Below, one piece after another: positions 1 to 10,449 of a stretch of DNA of 64,000 nt. A model generated the notes under the pieces. That model had not been told where the DNA came from, did no database searches, and worked only from the letters and a program-made list of their open reading frames with translations. Made by a program: the position numbers and the translations under genes. The stretch is from NCBI GenBank assembly GCA_017994195.1, contig JAGOLG010000001.1, forward strand, positions 12,494 to 76,493. The letters are read 5' to 3'. The first letter of the stretch is position 1, and the number at the start of each line of letters is the position of its first letter. Origin of the DNA: Rhabdochlamydiaceae bacterium. GTDB taxonomy: Bacteria > Chlamydiota > Chlamydiia > Chlamydiales > Rhabdochlamydiaceae.

Positions 1-639
1 TAAATGAACGCTTAAGTCTTCTTCAGCAAAACGAACGATTTGCTCCACAATTCCAACAGTTGACACTGTTACCTTTCTTTGAGAAATTCCCAATCCTTTT
101 GGGTCGATGATGCACCTGATCGATCGTAAAACACTCTCATAATTCTCAAACGGCTCGCCCATGCCCATGAAGACGATATGGCAGACTTTTTCTCCTACCT
201 TCGACAGGTAATGGTCAATCAAGATGATCTGTTCTAAGATTTCTGCAGGCTCTAAATTTCTCATCAATCCTTTTTTGCCCGAAGCGCAAAAAGCGCATCT
301 GGCCGGACATCCGACTTGAGATGAAACGCAGACAGTTCTTCGATCAGGGGCCCGTATCAAAACCGATTCAACGAGATTGCCATCGATCAATTCCCAAAGA
401 AATTTGGTGGTTTCTCCATCGGATGAATCGACGACTTTTTTAAGTTTGAGGCTATGAAGATGAAACGCTTGAGATAGTTTTTGGCGAAGCTCTTTGGAGA
501 GATTCGACATTTGATCCCAGGATTCTACTTTTTTTTGAAAGAGCCATTCAAATATTTGCTTGGCATGAAACGGCTTCTCTCTGTGCTCTTTGAGCCAGTC
601 TGTAAGCTCGGCTTCAGTTAAATTATAGATTTTTTTCAA
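1..639 (-). CDS. rlmN: 23S rRNA (adenine2503-C2)-methyltransferase RlmN. N-terminal 213 codons only; the 3' end lies beyond the left window edge
   Basis: Own minus-strand translation: (TTG)KKIYNLTEAELTDWLKEHREKPFHAKQIFEWLF...RTVCVSSQVGCPARCAFCASGKKGLMRNLEPAEI...HIVFMGMGEPFENY. This shows a radical-SAM CxxxCxxC and an RlmN-type N-terminus. It is missing from the ORF track because it starts with TTG (639-637) and runs off the edge. Confidence 0.85.
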   Translation of the reverse strand, partial: MKKIYNLTEAELTDWLKEHREKPFHAKQIFEWLFQKKVESWDQMSNLSKELRQKLSQAFHLHSLKLKKVVDSSDGETTKFLWELIDGNLVESVLIRAPDRRTVCVSSQVGCPARCAFCASGKKGLMRNLEPAEILEQIILIDHYLSKVGEKVCHIVFMGMGEPFENYESVLRSIRCIIDPKGLGISQRKVTVSTVGIVEQIVRFAEEDLSVHL

Positions 640-791
640 AGAGGAATCGAGAGTTGAGAATTAAAAAATTTTATTATAATCATTCGAATATGATCGGCCT
701 GCTTATTCAACTCTTCATTTTCATGAATCGTTTCACGTAAGTTATCCATCGCATGCTTTCCAACCTGTGGAATAATGGGCAAAAATTCCAT
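636..791 (-). CDS. Small hypothetical ORF (51 aa), translationally coupled to rlmN
   Basis: MEFLPIIPQVGKHAMDNLRETIHENEELNKQADHIRMIIIKFFNSQLSIPL. GAGG lies a few nt upstream of ATG 791. Its TGA (638-636) overlaps the rlmN TTG start (TTGA). No family recognised, and it is below the track cutoff. Confidence 0.25.
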   Translation of the reverse strand: MEFLPIIPQVGKHAMDNLRETIHENEELNKQADHIRMIIIKFFNSQLSIPL

Positions 792-924
792 TCGCTACCT
801 CTATTTTGAGAAGAATTTTAACATTCTTAACGAAAAAATTCAATCGATTAAGTTCTTTATTTAATTTTAATGGCAACCGTGGAATCCTTTATCGCCATGT
901 ATAAAAAATAAATTGAGGGTTGAT

Positions 925-1251
925 ATGAAAAAATTGTTATTTCTGCTCCTAACGGTCTCCTTATCTACTGTCTTTGCAAAAGGCGGTCACAAATCGTCCG
1001 AGGAACTCTGTGAGATTGAACACGTGGTGCTCCTGACGGACCTAACCCCCGAAATTACTAAAGAGTTCCTTAAGGGACGCCTTCCAAGTACAGCTATTGA
1101 GTGCCGTGAAAACATGATTCTTCCAGTCGCATATCTAATGAAAGCCCCATTTTTTTTCTCCACTGCACCCCTAATCTTACCATCAAAATTCAAGAGACTT
1201 GCGATTTTTGTTTCTCTGAAAAACGACGAGGGTATTTCAGCCTTGATTTGA
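925..1251 (+). CDS. Hypothetical secreted protein
   Basis: ORF track 913..1251. ATG 925 is preceded by GAGGG. MKKLLFLLLTVSLSTVFA resembles a Sec signal peptide. No family recognised. Confidence 0.4.
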   Translation: MKKLLFLLLTVSLSTVFAKGGHKSSEELCEIEHVVLLTDLTPEITKEFLKGRLPSTAIECRENMILPVAYLMKAPFFFSTAPLILPSKFKRLAIFVSLKNDEGISALI

Positions 1252-1485
1252 AGACTTGGGGAAAAACCCAATCCTGCTTTATTTGACACGACATTGGGAA
1301 TAAGCGCTGATAAATCCCATTTCATCATAGAAACGAGTGAAAATCCTGATTATAGACTCCGTAAATGATAGAAGATTTTATTATAGCTATGGAGACGATC
1401 TCGCACCATAGCATTAATTAAAAAATTTTAATTTATATCTCTAAACATCTCTATATGGTAAAATATCTGCAATTTTTAGGGGTAA

Positions 1486-2256
1486 ATGATGTCGCCAGTT
1501 GATTTAACACAGAAAGCTAATGCGGCTCTCTTTGTAGAGACCATTGCAGTCGAAGCAGGACGTTCAATAGATCCCGCTGTTACTTCTGATTTATACGATG
1601 CAGATCTGAGGCCTTACTCTCCTCAAAAACCTGTTTACGAAAATATCGTTCTAGCGAAACTAGCTCCTTTCTTTACAAGACATCGGATGGCTGCTGCAGG
1701 CCAAGCATTGCAAATCTCAGAAGCTTATATGTCTGCAGCGCATATTTTAAAACATCAATACCATAATAATTTACGTCAGAATGACAACCTCTTATTCAAG
1801 ATCTCTGAAAAAATTTTTACACTGACTGAGAAAGTTGTAGAAATAGATAGAATGAGAAAAAGAGAAGCGACCAATTATGCATTCTGTGGAATTTTTGGAG
1901 TTTTCGGTAGTGCTCTACTCTCTGCAGGCCTCTATAAGCGGGTTCAATGGATGAAAACGGCCGGTAAGGTAGCTCTTTTATTTACAGCCATGCTTTATGG
2001 GTATACTTGGCTTCTGCATCGCACAGAACAAAAGAAAGTTCCTCAAATCTATTCCGAAATAGGCCAGCTTGCTGAGAAAATTAGATATGACCTTCGTTTC
2101 TACACAGATGAGATGAAATTTCAATTGCCTGATCAAAGAGACTACCAACCCCTTAATAAAGGCTTTGTTGATGCAGATTATCATCCAGAAACTCCGCATG
2201 AGATTCCAGCTGTTGAATACCCAATAGTAATTCAGCAACAACCTCCAGCTGAGTGA
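1486..2256 (+). CDS. Hypothetical membrane protein, Inc-like (bilobed hydrophobic hairpin)
   Basis: NYAFCGIFGVFGSALLSAGLY-KRVQWMKT-AGKVALLFTAMLYGYTWLL gives two adjacent TM segments separated by a short loop, flanked by polar sequence, as in chlamydial inclusion membrane proteins. Confidence 0.55.
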   Translation: MMSPVDLTQKANAALFVETIAVEAGRSIDPAVTSDLYDADLRPYSPQKPVYENIVLAKLAPFFTRHRMAAAGQALQISEAYMSAAHILKHQYHNNLRQNDNLLFKISEKIFTLTEKVVEIDRMRKREATNYAFCGIFGVFGSALLSAGLYKRVQWMKTAGKVALLFTAMLYGYTWLLHRTEQKKVPQIYSEIGQLAEKIRYDLRFYTDEMKFQLPDQRDYQPLNKGFVDADYHPETPHEIPAVEYPIVIQQQPPAE

Positions 2257-3491
2257 CCCGCTAGATAGCCTGTTGTCCAGGCATTTTGGAAATTAAATCC
2301 CCCAGTTACTCCATCAATGTTTAAAACCTCTCCAGCAAAGAATAAGCCAGGAAGGATTTTGCTTTGCATTGTTTTAAAATCTACCTCTTTTAAAGTGACT
2401 CCGCCGCACGTGACAAACTCTTCTTTGTGCGTTGTTTTTCCATCCATTTGGTAGGGGTCTTTATTTAGGGTTTGAGAAAGTGCTTCGAGATCTTGCCTAC
2501 TCAGTTGTGCAAAAAGCTTATCTGCGATGGGTCCACAGAGGGTTTTCCAAAGGTTTTTCGGCAGATCAAAGAGGGGCTGAAGACCGACATTCTTGGATGA
2601 ATGCTTTTCTTTAAAAACTTTTAGTTCTGTTTTGATTTCTTCGAGTGAAAGAGAGGGACCCCAATTGATGTGGATCGTGGTTTTATATTCAAGGCCGTTT
2701 AGCTCTCTTGCTGCCCAGGCAGAAAGTTTGAGAACAGCAGGTCCGCTAAATCCAAAATGAGTGATCAGAAGAGGGCCTGTTTGCTTCATGGAAACTGCAG
2801 GGAGAGAGACGGTGGCGCTTTGAACGGCAACGCCTGAATGTCCAGAAAGCCTCGATGTAGGGACATTGAATGTAAAAAGAGAGGGCACCGGCGGCTTGAT
2901 AGTGTGTCCGAGCGACTCCGCAAGACGATATCCTTCAGGGCTGCTTCCTGTTGCTAGAATCAGTGATTTTGCAAGCAGCGAAGTTCCATCACGAAATTGG
3001 ATATGGAAAACTTGTTCGGAATTGAAAATAGAGATGATGTGCTGCCGAATTTGAAAGTTCACACCGAGACGCTGCGCTTCATTTAATAAAGCGTCGATGA
3101 TCGTTTGAGAGCTATCTGTAATGGGGAACATCCGTCCATCGGCTTCTGTTTTAAGCTTTACCCCTCGGCTTTCAAACCAGGCGATGGTATCTTTAGGCCC
3201 AAATCGGTGGAAAGGCCCCAAGAGCTCTTTTCCGCCTCTAGGGTAATTTTGGATAAGTTTTTGAGGGTCAAAACAGGCGTGTGTAACGTTGCATCTCCCT
3301 CCTCCTGAAATCCGTACTTTTGAAAGGAAGACTGCCGATTTTTCAAGCAAAGTCACAGATAAGTCAGGCCTTTTTTCTTTTGCAGAAAGGGCTGCAAAAA
3401 TCCCTGCTGCGCCTCCGCCGAGAATCACAACATCAATGGGCGGATGTATCATAATAAATTGGGGCCTTGCGGGGTTTGATTGCGGCGCCAT
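2232..3491 (-). CDS. HI0933/YhiN (BaiN-like) family FAD flavoprotein
   Basis: VVILGGGAAGIFAALSA dinucleotide-binding motif, ISGGGRCNVTH, and C-terminal FAGEVLNIDGVTGGFNFQ. The likely real start is the internal MIHPP (about 3452). Confidence 0.85.
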   Translation of the reverse strand: MAPQSNPARPQFIMIHPPIDVVILGGGAAGIFAALSAKEKRPDLSVTLLEKSAVFLSKVRISGGGRCNVTHACFDPQKLIQNYPRGGKELLGPFHRFGPKDTIAWFESRGVKLKTEADGRMFPITDSSQTIIDALLNEAQRLGVNFQIRQHIISIFNSEQVFHIQFRDGTSLLAKSLILATGSSPEGYRLAESLGHTIKPPVPSLFTFNVPTSRLSGHSGVAVQSATVSLPAVSMKQTGPLLITHFGFSGPAVLKLSAWAARELNGLEYKTTIHINWGPSLSLEEIKTELKVFKEKHSSKNVGLQPLFDLPKNLWKTLCGPIADKLFAQLSRQDLEALSQTLNKDPYQMDGKTTHKEEFVTCGGVTLKEVDFKTMQSKILPGLFFAGEVLNIDGVTGGFNFQNAWTTGYLAGHSAGGCC

Positions 3492-5475
3492 CTATAAAAG
3501 CTGTCGGGATTTTTTGGCCAAGCGCAGGCGTTAGAGTTTTTAAAAGTGCTTCGTCTTCTGCAAGCAGATCCTCCATAAAGGCATGATTAAACTCATACCC
3601 GTTAAAAAAGGTCCGTGTTGGAGGATTGGCTGGATATGCATGAGGATTTTGATCTGCACAAAGCCCCTCTAAATAGGCGACTGTTTTTGCTCCGACAAAG
3701 AGCTCCCCTTTGGTGTTGATGTTCAAGGGCTTTTCCGAAGATCCGACCATGCTTCGTTTTGAATTCAATGTGATATTGCCTCTAGATTGAATAGCAGTGG
3801 AGATAACTTCTTTTCCTTGAGAAGCATCGTACTGCAAATGATGATCTGCTTCCATAAAAATCTCTTCCGCTTCTAAATGGCCGTAGAGAAAGAGATCTTT
3901 TCCTTCCACATGAAGCCGGGTCACTTGCTTTCCAATTTCTTTGAGATATATCTGACCTTGCCCTGATAAAATGGTAATGGATTGAAGGCGGTCCGATATG
4001 ATCGGTGGAAGATCTAACTTCCCTCCTTGCGTTGCAATCGTAAGAGCTGTCGTAGAATCAAGCTCTAGACGAGCATCCTGACCAAAGTAGAGAGGCCGTC
4101 CCGCTGTTTTGATCTCAACGCCACCTTCATGTGTTAAGTGGATGGGAGCTACATTCCAAAACTGCTCGCCCGTGTAAATCTTAGACCCCTTAAATTCGAC
4201 TTCAACTGATTTGATGGCCAGCTGTCCTGTAATTCCTGGATTTATCCCTCCGATATTGTCATGTAAAATCATTTTTCCAGAATCGATTACAAGTTCCCTG
4301 AGAGGTCCTTTTTGCCCAATGGCTCCTTTGATTTCAGTCGGAGATTTTCCATTGTTTATCTTAAGGGACCGCGATGGGGTGTCAGCATCCAGCGTTGAGG
4401 TTAAAAGAACCTTGCCTTTGTTATATTTATTGGCATTCAAAGAGATTGAGTCGCTTTTAAAGAGCGTCGTAGAACCATCCAACAAAATATCGCCAGTTGT
4501 TGTGATATCATCCCCTAAAAAAATCTGATCAGCTTTATAATGGACAGGGCCTTTGGCGATGACTTTCTTGTGTTGTATGACTGTGCTGGCTTGCATGTCT
4601 AAAGCACCAGGAATTTTTAAATCTTCCTCCATATGGACGGTATCGCCTTTGATAGAAAGGAGCTGCGTCTCAGCTGAGCTGCCGGCTTTAAGAGAGATGA
4701 CTCCATCTTTTATATCGATATGGCCAGCCTCAATTACTCCGGTATCGTTTAACACGCTTCGGATCGCCTTTTGAGCCATAGGCAGATGCATGTAAACTTC
4801 GGTAGCCTTAAGATTCCCAATCTGTTCTATAGATCCATTTGTGATGGGGATATCTATAGCAAACTGAATCTTACCGTCGGGCTCAAAAGAAAGAGTGAGA
4901 GCCTCTCCCCCAACAAGAGCAATCGTCCCGGTTTTTGCAATAATCGTCCCTTGATTCACAATATGTGGAGCGATAAGGGCGACACTTTGATCTGCTTGAA
5001 TTTTTCCCTGATTAATAATCGATTTAACACCCTTGCTAGAATCATTGTAGAACTTATAGGAATTAGTCATAAAATCATCATTTTGAAGATCGAGTGTCGA
5101 TGCAATGAGCGTTCCAATATTGACTTGGGCCGTTTCAGTGAAAATGATCCCATTGGGATTGATCAATAAAAGTTTTCCGTTCGCCTCTAACTGACCTCGA
5201 ATCTTTGAAACATTTTTCCCATTAACACGGCACAAAAGAGTTGAGCGAGAACTGGGCTGTTCATACTTGACACTCTCCTGCTTGCCAATATTGAATTTCG
5301 AGTATTCAAGAATGGTTTTATCTGAGACTTTGACCACTTCGCTCTTGCCTGAAACCTCATAGGAGCACTGTCCCTTGACAACTTCAGGCTGTCCAGGAAG
5401 CGCAGAAAGGCAAAAGGGCGCTGTGAGAAGTAGCAGGACGACGGGCAGTCTACTTCTGATTATAAAATTTTCCAT
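3433..5475 (-). CDS. Two-partner-secretion exoprotein (TpsA) with filamentous-haemagglutinin-type N-terminal TPS domain
   Basis: Signal peptide, then FNIGKQESVKYEQP...LCRVNGKNVSKIRGQLEANGKLLLINPNGIIFTETAQV (NPNGI motif), followed by beta-helix-like sequence. It overlaps the end of the upstream TpsB gene. Confidence 0.8.
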   Translation of the reverse strand: MENFIIRSRLPVVLLLLTAPFCLSALPGQPEVVKGQCSYEVSGKSEVVKVSDKTILEYSKFNIGKQESVKYEQPSSRSTLLCRVNGKNVSKIRGQLEANGKLLLINPNGIIFTETAQVNIGTLIASTLDLQNDDFMTNSYKFYNDSSKGVKSIINQGKIQADQSVALIAPHIVNQGTIIAKTGTIALVGGEALTLSFEPDGKIQFAIDIPITNGSIEQIGNLKATEVYMHLPMAQKAIRSVLNDTGVIEAGHIDIKDGVISLKAGSSAETQLLSIKGDTVHMEEDLKIPGALDMQASTVIQHKKVIAKGPVHYKADQIFLGDDITTTGDILLDGSTTLFKSDSISLNANKYNKGKVLLTSTLDADTPSRSLKINNGKSPTEIKGAIGQKGPLRELVIDSGKMILHDNIGGINPGITGQLAIKSVEVEFKGSKIYTGEQFWNVAPIHLTHEGGVEIKTAGRPLYFGQDARLELDSTTALTIATQGGKLDLPPIISDRLQSITILSGQGQIYLKEIGKQVTRLHVEGKDLFLYGHLEAEEIFMEADHHLQYDASQGKEVISTAIQSRGNITLNSKRSMVGSSEKPLNINTKGELFVGAKTVAYLEGLCADQNPHAYPANPPTRTFFNGYEFNHAFMEDLLAEDEALLKTLTPALGQKIPTAFIDGAAIKPRKAPIYYDTSAH

Positions 5476-7241
5476 GCAACTCTAAAATAAGTGATCGTGT
5501 TGGATGAACGATGTCTATCGGTGAGCGGAAAACCGACATCAAAACTCCATTCGAGCTTCCAGGGTCCATGCAGGCGAACCCCGGGACCTACCGACATAAG
5601 CATCACACGGCCATCAAGCTTTGTATGATCGGAGTCATCATTTTTTTCACGTAAAATATCAGTACCAAGGGAGAAGGTCTGGCCCATGTCGAGAAAACCG
5701 ACAAATTGTAAAAACTCTCCCCATGTCTGTTTTTTTGACCAAGGAACCTTATGCGCTCTAAGAAAAGGTGGAGGCGCGTGGAGTTCCACGGTGCCGTAAT
5801 ATCCGCAATCGCTAATCCCTTCTGCAAGTGGATAGCCGCGGACTGTATCGATCCCTCCAATATAAAACTCTTCGGGAAGCGGCAGCTTATCTAAGCTAAA
5901 CTGAAGTGCGGTATTGAAAAGTAAAAAGCAGTTGTAAGGAAGCTCTTGAAGCCTTTTCCATCCCAAATTTCCTTTAAGAAATTCTCCGCCGGATCCTACA
6001 CGGCTGCTGTCGTCGCTTTTCGCAGACGATCCGCCAAAAATCCCCGGAATGCCCCAGCCAAAAGAAAAGTTAAATAAATTGCGGCCCTTCAAACGATCGA
6101 TATAATCGATGTTCATTCCGCCGCTTAATACTCTTAGCTTATCAAAACTAGTTCGCTTTCCCCCGCCAAAGTTCTGAACCTGCTTCACATCAAACGAGGT
6201 AAAAAAATCGGTGCTAAAAATTCTTGTGCGCTGCAAAGCCTGATTAAATTTAATCCCCCCAATGTGCGATCTACCCACATAACGGATGTGATCCACTTTA
6301 TCTGTTTTAAAATTAGCGCACAGATACGAAATATCAAGAGACGTACCGATCGTATTGACAGGGGCATGATAAATAACGTCGGTGAAGTTTAAATGAGAAA
6401 CAGGCGATCCCAGCACTTCAATCAACGTAAGAGCGTCTCCATACATGATCAAGTTACCATAATCGAGCCTAGTTCCCGTTCGCTGATGCGTTGTATGATC
6501 CGATCCATAGTTGTTGGTATCTTGCGTGAGATGAAGCGGCCTTTTATCCGAAACGCGCAAAATCAAATCGGCCGTTCCGAATTTCTCTCCTTTTTTAAAA
6601 ACAGCGCCCACTTCCAAATCGGAGTTTTCACTCAAGAGAAAAAGAGTTCGTAAAATTTGATCATACTGAATCGGCTTGCCATGGTATCGATCAAAATAGC
6701 TCGCAATAAATTTTGTACTATAGAACTTATTGCCGACAACCGATACGTTTCCCAAACGACCTTCGATCACCTCTATTTTAAGTGTGCCATCCTTGATCTC
6801 TTGCGGAGGCAAATAGACTCGTGTTAAAAAATAGCCTTCCCGCACATATTTATTTTGGATGAGACGGCACATCTCTTTTAATTCTTTCATCGAAAGAGGA
6901 TGGCCTAAATAATCCCTGACAAGGCGCCTTAACACCCTCCCGCGTATGGCAGTATTGCCCCCTATTTCTACGGAATAGATAGTCACTTTTTCATCGCCTA
7001 CATCCAACTCCTCGGAAGGAAGATCAAATTCAAGTAGAGGAACCTCTTTCGTAGGCTCGACTTCTTTAACTTCATACTCTTCTTCAATCTGCCGATCGAC
7101 AACGCCTGCTGGAGGAACTGGAGGAGAGGCAGCTGCCAAGAAAGTCACTGGCAGGAGAACGGACATAATTATTTTTAATCTGGGCATATCTCTTCCATAC
7201 GACACTCGGATGATTTTCCACAAAAAGAAGAATAGTCTCAA
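5460..7241 (-). CDS. ShlB/FhaC/HecB-family outer-membrane transporter (TpsB)
   Basis: POTRA-like N-terminal part (VEIGGNTAI..., LKIEVIEGRLGNVSVVGNKF) and a beta-barrel ending in ...TYFRVAWKIL. The probable start is MPRLKII (about 7187). Confidence 0.85.
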   Translation of the reverse strand: MRLFFFLWKIIRVSYGRDMPRLKIIMSVLLPVTFLAAASPPVPPAGVVDRQIEEEYEVKEVEPTKEVPLLEFDLPSEELDVGDEKVTIYSVEIGGNTAIRGRVLRRLVRDYLGHPLSMKELKEMCRLIQNKYVREGYFLTRVYLPPQEIKDGTLKIEVIEGRLGNVSVVGNKFYSTKFIASYFDRYHGKPIQYDQILRTLFLLSENSDLEVGAVFKKGEKFGTADLILRVSDKRPLHLTQDTNNYGSDHTTHQRTGTRLDYGNLIMYGDALTLIEVLGSPVSHLNFTDVIYHAPVNTIGTSLDISYLCANFKTDKVDHIRYVGRSHIGGIKFNQALQRTRIFSTDFFTSFDVKQVQNFGGGKRTSFDKLRVLSGGMNIDYIDRLKGRNLFNFSFGWGIPGIFGGSSAKSDDSSRVGSGGEFLKGNLGWKRLQELPYNCFLLFNTALQFSLDKLPLPEEFYIGGIDTVRGYPLAEGISDCGYYGTVELHAPPPFLRAHKVPWSKKQTWGEFLQFVGFLDMGQTFSLGTDILREKNDDSDHTKLDGRVMLMSVGPGVRLHGPWKLEWSFDVGFPLTDRHRSSNTITYFRVAWKIL

Positions 7242-7294
7242 ACAATTTTTCTCTGAATTGACTCCGGTTAAAGATTCGAGTACAATGAGAAACT

Positions 7295-10200
7295 ATGATT
7301 ACATTTCAGGAATTGATTTTCCGTTTGACAAAGTTTTGGGAGAAAAAAGGGTGCGTCATCCACGTAGGACACGACCTGGAAACCGGCGCAGGAACTTTTA
7401 ACCCCGCCACTTTTCTTCGATGCCTGGGCCCTGAGCCGTATCACACAGCCTATGTCGAACCTTCGCGCAGACCTTCTGACAGCAGGTTCGGAGAAAATCC
7501 CAATCGCTTGCAACTTTTTCATCAATTCCAAGTGATTTTAAAACCGTCTCCTCCTGATGTTCAAGCGCTCTATCTTAAATCGCTTGAAGCTGTTGGATTC
7601 AAACTAAAAGAACACGACATCCGCTTTGTGCATGACGACTGGGAATCTCCTACGCTCGGCGCTTGGGGGCTTGGATGGGAAGTGTGGTGCGATGGAATGG
7701 AAGTTTCCCAGTTCACGTATTTCCAAGGCATGGCAAGCCTGCCTTTAAAGCCGGTCTCTGCCGAGATCACCTATGGACTTGAAAGACTCTGCATGTATAT
7801 CCAAAATGTCGACAACATCATGGACATTCATTGGAATGAAACCATGACCCTTGGCGATATCTCAAAACAAAATGAAGTCGAATGGAGCGCTTATAATTTC
7901 ACCGAAGCTTCAACTGAGATGTGGCTGAAACATTTTGAAGATTTTGAAAAAGAAGCAAAAAGACTCATCGCTCTCCACTTTCCTCTCCCTGCCTACGACT
8001 TTGTCATTAAAGCCTCCCATGCATTTAACCTTCTCGATGCAAGAGGCGTGATCTCAACAACAGAAAGAACCGGCTATATTGGACGGATTAGGGATCTTGC
8101 TCGTCTGATCGCTGGTGAATATGTCGCATCGCGAGAAAAACTTGGATTTCCTCTCACTCACAAAATGAAACTGCCCAAAATCAAGCAGCCGAAAAAACCT
8201 TCTAAAAAATTCGACGGCAGCAAAAAACGGGATTTCCTATTGGAAATCGGCTCCGAGCAGCTTCCTGCAACTTTTGTCCCTATAGGCCAGAGGAACTTAG
8301 AGCGCGCATTAAAAAATCTTCTGGAAAAAGAAGGGCTTAGCTTTGACTCTATGACCTCCTACGGAACTCCCCGCAGAATCTGCGTCAAAGTAGAAGGTCT
8401 GGTTGAGGGAGCTGCTCCTCAGACTCTCGATAAACGAGGACCTCCTGTCTCAATGGCGTTTGATTCCACCGGTAGCTGGACGCCTCAGGGAGAAGGGTTT
8501 TTAAAATCGGCATCTCTACCCGCTTCTTCACTTGCCTCCATCCGCGACGGAAGATCAAACCACCTTCGCATTGAAAAAGTCAAAGAAACCGAATACCTCT
8601 TTGCTACAGTTAAGACCGCAGGAAAAAGCACCGCGCAGATTTTAGCAGATCACCTCCCCGCCCTCATTGATAATTTAGAATTTCCGAAGAAAATGCGCTG
8701 GGGCACGCTGGATGTTTCATACGCAAGACCTATACATTGGATTGTATCCCTCTTTGGAAAAGAGGTTATTCCTTTTGTATTCGGAGATGTCTTAGCCGGA
8801 AACTTCACATTCGGGCATGCGCAAAGATCTCCTGGAAAAATTGTTATAAAATCTCCCGACGAATATCTTCCCAAACTCAAAGACCATAAAGTCCTTGCTG
8901 ATGTTCAAGAGAGAAAAGCATCGATCCTTTCTCAAATTGAAAAACTAGAAGCCAAACATAAGATTCAAGTTCTCGAAGTTGATAGAGTGCTCCCGCAAGT
9001 AGTGCAGCTGACTGAATGGCCCGAGCTTACTATCGCCTCTTTTGATGATAGCTTCTTAAGAGCTCCAAAAGAAGTTCTCTCCTCAGAAATGGTCGAGCAC
9101 CAAAAATATTTCCCCGTCGCAGAAAGGACTCATCTCAAAAACCAATTCATCATCACCTGCGATAACACTCCTAATAACCTCATCCGCGAAGGAAACCAAA
9201 AAGTCCTCTCCGCACGCCTCTCCGATGGAGTCTTTCTTTATGAACAAGATAGAAAAACACCTCTTAGGAATTTCAACGGAAAACTTTTCCATGTCATCTT
9301 TCAAAAAGATCTTGGTAGTATGATGGACAAAGTCACTAGGATTCGATGGATTGCACCAATCATTAATAAACAACTCGAAAGCCTAGATAACTCTTCAGAA
9401 GCTGAAATTGCTGATCCACATAAAGTTGAAAAAGCAACTGACCTATGCAAAGCTGATCTTGTAACAGCACTTGTAAAAGAATTTCCTGAGTTACAAGGAA
9501 CTATTGGCAAATACTATGCCTTAGCAGATGGTATAGATTCAGAAACCGCAACCGCGATTGAAGAGCAGTGGATGCCCCGTACAGAAGGCGCTCCACTTCC
9601 TATCACACCTACTGGAACTATTCTGTCTCTTGCAGATAAGATTGATAATCTACTTGCTTATTACTCTGTCGGCCTTAAGCCAACATCTTCAAGCGATCCG
9701 TATGCGCTTCGTAGACAAACAATAGGTATTTTGAGAATCTTGATAGAAGGAAAATATAGCATTGATCTCAAAAAGCTCCTCATTGAATGTGGCTCTGATT
9801 TTTATTATCCGCATCTTCAACCTTCGCATATTGAAGAGATATTAACATTCATAACTGCGAGAGCCAAAGGTATTTTCGAAAATAAAGGCTTTATGAAAGA
9901 TGAAATTGATGCATCCCTATACTCTCTCTGTATTAATCCTTATGACCAACTTTGCCAAGTAGAAGCACTTAACAAATTTCGGAATACAACTTCTTTCAAA
10001 AGCCTTCTCCAAGTATACAAGAGAGTCAAAGGTTTTCTGACTAACAAGTGTTTAACAACATTTGATCTATCCCTAGCCACTGAACCATCTGAAAAAGCGC
10101 TTCACTCATTTTTAGTCAAACATATCTATGATAAAAAAAATGGACTGGATGTTCTACTCAAAAAACAAGATTACAAAAAAGCTTATGCTCTTCTCAAGAA

Positions 10201-10348
10201 TTTTGATTTACCTCTTATTAATTTAGTAGCCAATGTCAAAATCATGTCCGATGATCCTAAACTACAGAATAACCGCCTTGCGCTTCTTCAGATGGTCTTT
10301 GATTGTTTTGCACCGCTTTTAGACTTCAGTCTAATCCAAGAAGATTAA
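7295..10348 (+). CDS. glyQS: Glycine--tRNA ligase, fused alpha/beta subunits
   Basis: GlyQ motifs ([53 protein letters not shown]) continue in one frame into a GlyS-like part, 1017 aa in total. Confidence 0.95.
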   Translation: MITFQELIFRLTKFWEKKGCVIHVGHDLETGAGTFNPATFLRCLGPEPYHTAYVEPSRRPSDSRFGENPNRLQLFHQFQVILKPSPPDVQALYLKSLEAVGFKLKEHDIRFVHDDWESPTLGAWGLGWEVWCDGMEVSQFTYFQGMASLPLKPVSAEITYGLERLCMYIQNVDNIMDIHWNETMTLGDISKQNEVEWSAYNFTEASTEMWLKHFEDFEKEAKRLIALHFPLPAYDFVIKASHAFNLLDARGVISTTERTGYIGRIRDLARLIAGEYVASREKLGFPLTHKMKLPKIKQPKKPSKKFDGSKKRDFLLEIGSEQLPATFVPIGQRNLERALKNLLEKEGLSFDSMTSYGTPRRICVKVEGLVEGAAPQTLDKRGPPVSMAFDSTGSWTPQGEGFLKSASLPASSLASIRDGRSNHLRIEKVKETEYLFATVKTAGKSTAQILADHLPALIDNLEFPKKMRWGTLDVSYARPIHWIVSLFGKEVIPFVFGDVLAGNFTFGHAQRSPGKIVIKSPDEYLPKLKDHKVLADVQERKASILSQIEKLEAKHKIQVLEVDRVLPQVVQLTEWPELTIASFDDSFLRAPKEVLSSEMVEHQKYFPVAERTHLKNQFIITCDNTPNNLIREGNQKVLSARLSDGVFLYEQDRKTPLRNFNGKLFHVIFQKDLGSMMDKVTRIRWIAPIINKQLESLDNSSEAEIADPHKVEKATDLCKADLVTALVKEFPELQGTIGKYYALADGIDSETATAIEEQWMPRTEGAPLPITPTGTILSLADKIDNLLAYYSVGLKPTSSSDPYALRRQTIGILRILIEGKYSIDLKKLLIECGSDFYYPHLQPSHIEEILTFITARAKGIFENKGFMKDEIDASLYSLCINPYDQLCQVEALNKFRNTTSFKSLLQVYKRVKGFLTNKCLTTFDLSLATEPSEKALHSFLVKHIYDKKNGLDVLLKKQDYKKAYALLKNFDLPLINLVANVKIMSDDPKLQNNRLALLQMVFDCFAPLLDFSLIQED

Positions 10349-10449
10349 GCTACGAAGTAGGGGTCCCCTTTAATCCCTCTCCACGAAACCGAGCCTTCAG
10401 AAAAACACCTTCTATGGAAGATTGCTAGATCGTGGTCATTAAAAAAGCC

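Noticed and set aside
987-1328. 113-aa minus-strand ORF antisense to the secreted-protein ORF.
   Set aside because: It fully overlaps the plus-strand ORF, which has a signal peptide and an SD. It has no SD or recognisable features of its own and looks like a shadow ORF.
1150-1368. A T8 homopolymer inside the 925..1251 ORF, plus 38 further open codons after its TGA. This raised the possibility of a phase-variable or read-through gene.
   Set aside because: An open run of 38 codons is not unusual by chance. Shifting frames at the T-tract does not give a clearly better protein. TGA recoding is not known in Chlamydiae. This is insufficient to call a pseudogene or phase variation.
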